From: Myxococcota bacterium
Lineage (GTDB): Bacteria > Myxococcota > UBA4151
Reading direction: 5' to 3'
DNA: 31,057 bases
Assembly: GCA_036338695.1 (NCBI GenBank)
Contig: JAYZBQ010000017.1
Coordinates: 1-31,057 of the forward strand
Below are positions 26,474 through 31,057 of the stretch, in pieces. A program made the translations under genes and the position numbers. The notes under the pieces were generated by a model. That model made no database searches, was not told the DNA's origin, and was given only the letters and a program-made list of their open reading frames with translations. How positions within the stretch are numbered: the stretch's first letter is position 1; each line of letters begins with the position of its first letter.

Positions 26474-29374
26474 CTACTGAGCGCACAAGGTGTCGTACTC
26501 GATCTCGATCTGGGTGCCCCGAGCAGGCACCGCCGTCGGGTTGAAGACGACCGAGTTATCAGCTCGATTATAGACCCAGCCATCCTGACCACCCTGCTGA
26601 CCACGCCCGATGGCGCGACCGCCCACTCGAACTTGGATCGTCTCCGCGCGGGGGCGGCGCGACAGGGCGAACGAGGTGCGGTAGGCGAACGTGTCCAGAC
26701 CCAACGCTCGCATGCTGGCGCGCCAGTTGCCGGCGCAGATGTCCTGCGTCACGCCGCCCAGGTTGGCTGCCAGCTCCATGTACCGGCTCCCCCGCTGCGC
26801 CTCACAGCCCTGATTCCTGCCCAGTCCGGTGATCGCCGAGAAGCGGATCAGGTCCCGGTTGCCGATCCCTTTGATCTGCCGGAAGACATCCTCATAGAGC
26901 CCCACCGGGCCACGGCTCTGGTCCTCTTCGTCGCTGACGGCGATGATGTAGAGCTTGGCTTCGTCTCTCAAGAAGCCCTCGTTCAGACCGCCCTCGATCA
27001 GCCGCGGCCGGCTCAAGAACTCACGCGCTGCCTCGAGGCCCGCCTCGCGTGAGTCGCTGCCGTCGCGCGCTGGGCGGCGCGAACGGGACACGCGCACGTT
27101 GCATCGGAACTTGTTTTGGAGATCCGGCGTGTCGCGGGTCAAGAACCTCGGATCTTCGCACGCGTTGTAGACACCCGCCATGTCGCCATCGGCGAGCGTG
27201 GTCGTCACGGCGATGTGAAAGTCCACGTTGAGCTCTTGCGTCGCATACCGAATGAACTCACCGAAGTTCGCCGCCAGGTTGTTCTGCTCCTCGCTCATCG
27301 AGCCCGAATCATCGACGACCCAGAGCACGTCCACCATCGGCTCAGCCGCCTGCTCGAAGCGGTCAATCTGGTGCGTCTCTGTCGTGCCGGTACCGAGCAG
27401 CGGAATCGTAAAGTTCTGCTCGTCGCCGTCGTTATTATCGATCACGAGCAAGCCCTCTAGATCACCCTCGCGCCGTGGGAAGAAGCGGACACGCACCTCG
27501 ATGTTCTGATCGGGGCCGACCACGATCGGGAATGGGCCGGGTGCACGCGTGATCCGGAACTCGGGGTCCGAGTTGGGGTCGATGGCGATGTTGTTGATGG
27601 TCAAGTCGGCGTTGCCGAGGTTGTAGACCATCACACGTTGCTCGATCGATCCGCAGCCCACCGTCTCGACACCAAACTCAAGCCGCCCCGGGACGACGTC
27701 GATGTCCGGCTGCGCAGGGGTCGCCGAGAAACCGATCGAGAAGACCCCCGCCGGGTCTCCACTGCCGGGGAACTCTTGGGGCGATGAGGTGGTGATGGTG
27801 ATGCCGTTACCGCAGAGCTCTTCGCCGCCGGGCAGGTTACAGATCAAGGCGCCGCCCGCTGGAATACGAGACGGCAGATACGTACCACTTTGGGTCGTCG
27901 CCATCTGCGTCGGCGCGAAAGCCACGTCGATACGATACTCCTCGCCGGGGATGATCAAGACCCCCTCATGATCACCGATGATGCGGAACTCACGCCGCGG
28001 CGTCTGAGGCGGATCGAAGACCCATGACCGGATCTCACACAGCTCAGAGCCGACGTTGGTGATGCGAATCGGCATAATCTTCTCTTGCCCCACGATCACA
28101 CGGCCGAACTGCAGCGTGCCGTAACGACGGGTCAGCGGACCGAGCAGACCGCCGCCTTGCGGCTGGACCTCAAGGCGGCAGACGCGTGCGCCGCCGCCCG
28201 CAGCGATGAGGTCGACCGTGATCACGTTGGCGATCCCGATCTCGTTGTCATCGAACTCAAACTCGAGGCGCGCCTCGCGCTGCACCACCGCCTCGCGCTG
28301 CGGGCTCTCGTAGCGAACCGTCAGGCTCAACTCCGACACTTCAGGCCGAGGCTCGGGGTTCAGCTCCGGGTTATCGATGCTCCCGCGCAGCGCCAGCGGC
28401 CACTGAACCTCGGTCTCGACGATGAACTCTTCGCTGCCATTGCCCAGCGGCCCCACAAGGTTTCGGACCTCGCAATCCAAACCACCGACGTTGGTGATCG
28501 TCACGCGGCGGGTCGCAGCGCTTCCCCCAGCGACTTGCCCGAAGTCGACGCGCTCGGGCGTCACCGAGATGCGGCACGCGGGCGGCGCCACCGCAAAGGC
28601 GCGCAGCTCGACGCGCCGTGGGTTGCCCAGATCGTTCGGGTCCGAGCTCGAGACCAGCAGGAAGCCAGGATAATCTCGCTCCTCGTTCGCCTCCAGACCC
28701 AGCGTTGCCGTGACGGCGTCGCCAGCCTCGAGCGCAGCCGGAGCCGGGTCCGTCTCGACGCTGTAAGCCTCACCATCTTGCTCGATCGCCAGCTCGCTGA
28801 TGTCGAGCGGGCGGGTGCCGCAGTTGGTCAACGTGACCTCACGCGTGGCGGTCTGTCCGCGAAACACCTCGCCAAAGTCCACCGGCGAGGGGGTCACGCA
28901 AAGCGCCGGACCTGCGCCGATCGCACGGACGAGCACACGCAGCTCAGGCTCATCGTTGTCGTCGGACCGGACCACCAAGTCGGCGCAGACGGGACCAGGC
29001 ATCAACGGCGCAAAGTGAATGTTCAGGTCCTTGGTCTCGCCCTTCGGCAGGTCACCGGTGAAGTTGTCGACGGTCAGGGACGAGGCGCCCGCTGCGGTGC
29101 ACCCCTCCTGAGCGCTCGGCTCGATGACGACCTCCTGCACGCTCACCTCTCGGTTCCCGTAGGACTCGAGACGGATAGGATACAGGTTGTCTTGCGCAAG
29201 CTCCCCCCCACCGACCACGATCTCGGTCATGCCTTCGGAGGTTCTCGCTTGCGTCGCAAGGTCAACGACATCAATCTGCGGGTCCGGGACACGAACGAGC
29301 TCCTCTTCACATGAACAGCCCATGGGTTGGAACAGACCAACGAAAGCGACCGCTGTGATAAACCGTTTGTTCAT
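26474..29374 (-). CDS. Surface lipoprotein with about 5 Ig-like (choice-of-anchor D/ASH-like) domains and a C-terminal vWA domain
   Basis: Signal ending GCSC; repeated V.P..(V/L)(D/E)FG.V....T(L/I).N.G...L units; MIDAS DVLWVVDDSGSMSEEQ and VSDEEDQS. Confidence 0.85.
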   Translation of the reverse strand: MNKRFITAVAFVGLFQPMGCSCEEELVRVPDPQIDVVDLATQARTSEGMTEIVVGGGELAQDNLYPIRLESYGNREVSVQEVVIEPSAQEGCTAAGASSLTVDNFTGDLPKGETKDLNIHFAPLMPGPVCADLVVRSDDNDEPELRVLVRAIGAGPALCVTPSPVDFGEVFRGQTATREVTLTNCGTRPLDISELAIEQDGEAYSVETDPAPAALEAGDAVTATLGLEANEERDYPGFLLVSSSDPNDLGNPRRVELRAFAVAPPACRISVTPERVDFGQVAGGSAATRRVTITNVGGLDCEVRNLVGPLGNGSEEFIVETEVQWPLALRGSIDNPELNPEPRPEVSELSLTVRYESPQREAVVQREARLEFEFDDNEIGIANVITVDLIAAGGGARVCRLEVQPQGGGLLGPLTRRYGTLQFGRVIVGQEKIMPIRITNVGSELCEIRSWVFDPPQTPRREFRIIGDHEGVLIIPGEEYRIDVAFAPTQMATTQSGTYLPSRIPAGGALICNLPGGEELCGNGITITTSSPQEFPGSGDPAGVFSIGFSATPAQPDIDVVPGRLEFGVETVGCGSIEQRVMVYNLGNADLTINNIAIDPNSDPEFRITRAPGPFPIVVGPDQNIEVRVRFFPRREGDLEGLLVIDNNDGDEQNFTIPLLGTGTTETHQIDRFEQAAEPMVDVLWVVDDSGSMSEEQNNLAANFGEFIRYATQELNVDFHIAVTTTLADGDMAGVYNACEDPRFLTRDTPDLQNKFRCNVRVSRSRRPARDGSDSREAGLEAAREFLSRPRLIEGGLNEGFLRDEAKLYIIAVSDEEDQSRGPVGLYEDVFRQIKGIGNRDLIRFSAITGLGRNQGCEAQRGSRYMELAANLGGVTQDICAGNWRASMRALGLDTFAYRTSFALSRRPRAETIQVRVGGRAIGRGQQGGQDGWVYNRADNSVVFNPTAVPARGTQIEIEYDTLCAQ

Positions 29375-29432
29375 GTTGCTCCCGAAACGCAGTTGTGCGC
29401 GGTCCCTATGCCATCATCTGCCCTTCGCCCTT

Positions 29433-30359
29433 ATGGGTCATCTGTCGGTGGTCGCGCTCAGCGCCTGCGCTGCGCACTCAACGCCTCAAAGCGCGGCGCG
29501 ATCGCCTGCCACGGCGGCGGCTGCATCCTCGGCGCCTCCCGAGCGAGCGGCGACGCGGCGACGCGCTCGAGCCCAACGGGTCGAGAGCACCTCAACGCCG
29601 CCAAGGCGTACACGCTCCAAGCGCTCGGCGCGGGCGCGCCGCGCTCGCCTCAAGCGATCGCTCAGGTCGTTTCAGGACCAAAGCCCTGTGGACCTGCGCG
29701 CACCAAGACGTACGCCCCTACCCAGGCGCCGCCTGGCGCTCTGGGAGGCGCTGCTCGATGATTGCGGACGCTGGGCGTCCTTGGCGCGTGGCGCTCGAGA
29801 CGCCAAGCTCGCAACCCAGGTGGCGCTGTGGATGGAGGACCAGCTGGCGCTTGAGCGCAGACGTTACCTGCTGCCTGAGCCACTCGAGCTGCGGATCACC
29901 GAACAGATCCGGTTTGCACAAAGCCGCGCCGGTGCGCGCCAGCCGACCTTGATCACCAGCCGTCACTTTGCGCCGCGCTGGCCGGTCAAAGACATCGTGG
30001 TCTCAAGCTTCTTTGGTGCTCGGATCGACCCCATCACGCGGAAGAAAAAGAAACACAACGGCGTTGACTTCGCCGTGCCGGTTGGCTCTGACATCTACGC
30101 CGTGGCGGACGGTACGGTCACTCAGAGCGAGCGCCGAGGGAGCTACGGTCACCTCGTCGTGATCCGGCATCGCAGCGGTTGGGAGTCTCGGTATGCACAC
30201 CTCGATAAAAGGCTGGTCAAGCAGGGGCAGCGGGTCGAAGCAGGTCAGCGGATCGCCGAGTCCGGGAACAGCGGGCGCAGCACCGGGCCGCACCTCCACC
30301 TCGAGCTGCGCAAGTCGGGACGCCCGGTCGACCCGCTTCGGGTCTCTGGCTGGCACTAG
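29433..30359 (+). CDS. M23 family metallopeptidase, probable lipoprotein (start uncertain)
   Basis: HNGVDF (HxxxD), YGHLVVIRH, YAHL, SGNSGRSTGPHLHLE (HxH); N-terminal VVALSAC lipobox-like. Confidence 0.85.
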   Translation: MGHLSVVALSACAAHSTPQSAARSPATAAAASSAPPERAATRRRARAQRVESTSTPPRRTRSKRSARARRARLKRSLRSFQDQSPVDLRAPRRTPLPRRRLALWEALLDDCGRWASLARGARDAKLATQVALWMEDQLALERRRYLLPEPLELRITEQIRFAQSRAGARQPTLITSRHFAPRWPVKDIVVSSFFGARIDPITRKKKKHNGVDFAVPVGSDIYAVADGTVTQSERRGSYGHLVVIRHRSGWESRYAHLDKRLVKQGQRVEAGQRIAESGNSGRSTGPHLHLELRKSGRPVDPLRVSGWH

Positions 30360-30368
30360 GGGCTCAGG

Positions 30369-30884
30369 ATGCTGAGCCGAGTCCTCGGACCGCAGCGGCT
30401 GCGTGATCTCGCTGGCGTCATCATCTTTGGCGTGCTGAGCATGACGATGATCAACAAAGCCTACCTGGCGCCGCAACCCATTGACCGGCCCGAGCGCGTG
30501 CGCGGTGCTCTTGAGGAGGTCGAGCCCCTCGTCCGCACGATCAGAGGCCGAGAAGAGACGAAGAGCGTGCGCCTGCGTGTCCGCGGAGACGACCGCGGGT
30601 TTCTCATGCATCCAGCGATTTATCAGAACCAGTTCGATGGTGATGCGTTCGCCAAAGCGGCACCGCTCGGCACGATCGTCGAGCTCGAGGTGCGGGCCGA
30701 ACGGCTCCCCGTCATCTTCTCGCTGCGAGCCGGAGGCGAGACCTTCGTCGACAAGGCGTGGGTTCGTGCACACCTGAGCGGCCGGCTGATGTTCTTACGC
30801 ATCGCTGCGCTGGCGCCTGTTGCGGTCACTGCGTTTTGCTTGTTCAGCTTGCTGCGGCGGCGCGACGAGCACGACGCAACCTGA
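30369..30884 (+). CDS. Hypothetical membrane protein (two TM segments flanking a soluble domain)
   Basis: Hydrophobic LAGVIIFGVLSMTMI and IAALAPVAVTAFCLFSLL; 9 nt after the M23 gene. Confidence 0.6.
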   Translation: MLSRVLGPQRLRDLAGVIIFGVLSMTMINKAYLAPQPIDRPERVRGALEEVEPLVRTIRGREETKSVRLRVRGDDRGFLMHPAIYQNQFDGDAFAKAAPLGTIVELEVRAERLPVIFSLRAGGETFVDKAWVRAHLSGRLMFLRIAALAPVAVTAFCLFSLLRRRDEHDAT

Positions 30885-30899
30885 ATGGAGCCGCCCAGC

Positions 30900-31057
30900 C
30901 TAGGCTTCGACTAACTCCGCCTCGAGGAAGTCAACCAATGCGCGCACCTTTCCTAAGCGTGCCTTGTTGGGTTGATACAGCATCAGCATATCCATGGCGC
31001 CTGCGCCGACGCGCCCCACCTGCGCGTCCCCAAGCACGATCTCTTCGAGCCGGCCGT
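30900..31057 (-). CDS. C-terminus of a LysR-family regulator (partial)
   Basis: Hand translation GRLEEIVL...MLMLYQPNKARLGKVRALVDFLEAELVEA* matches the CrgA-like LysR C-terminal KVRA(F/L)VDFL pattern. Confidence 0.7.
   Translation of the reverse strand, partial: GRLEEIVLGDAQVGRVGAGAMDMLMLYQPNKARLGKVRALVDFLEAELVEA

Noticed and set aside
28085..29314. 409-aa plus-strand ORF (likewise 14408-15418)
   Set aside because: Antisense shadows of the Ig-vWA lipoprotein and queA, explained by GC-rich codon bias.

Overview
GC-rich bacterial chromosomal window with no mobile element, RNA gene or CRISPR array that I can see. Myxococcus-type Cys-rich repeats, many lipoproteins and FHA-Tad genes point to Myxococcota or a related predatory deltaproteobacterium (inference). 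Left to right: (1) a large lipoprotein missed by the ORF track (1-2246, minus, runs off the window) with 12 Cys-rich repeats and a low-GC RCC1-like C-terminus, plus a CsgG/TolB_N-like partner and two beta-propeller lipoproteins. (2) A cofactor/tRNA block: gluQ, ridA-thiS-thiG, queA-tgt, and a biotin operon bioB-bioF-bioD-bioA. The operon has no bioC/H/W/I/Z and instead carries a ferritin-like diiron protein (BioE-like pimeloyl-source candidate) and a coupled ArsC/LMW-PTP. (3) Degenerate receiver, AgmX-like and Zn-finger genes. (4) A Tad-like cpaB-tadB-tadC-FHA-FHA/TPR operon resembling the Myxococcus Kil prey-killing cluster. It converges on a unit encoding an Ig-repeat/vWA lipoprotein, a Cys-rich lipoprotein, a TPR lipoprotein and a double-FHA membrane protein. 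(5) An M23 peptidase, a membrane protein and the 3' end of a LysR regulator. The two best leads are the diiron enzyme in the biotin operon and the FHA-rich Kil-like Tad locus.
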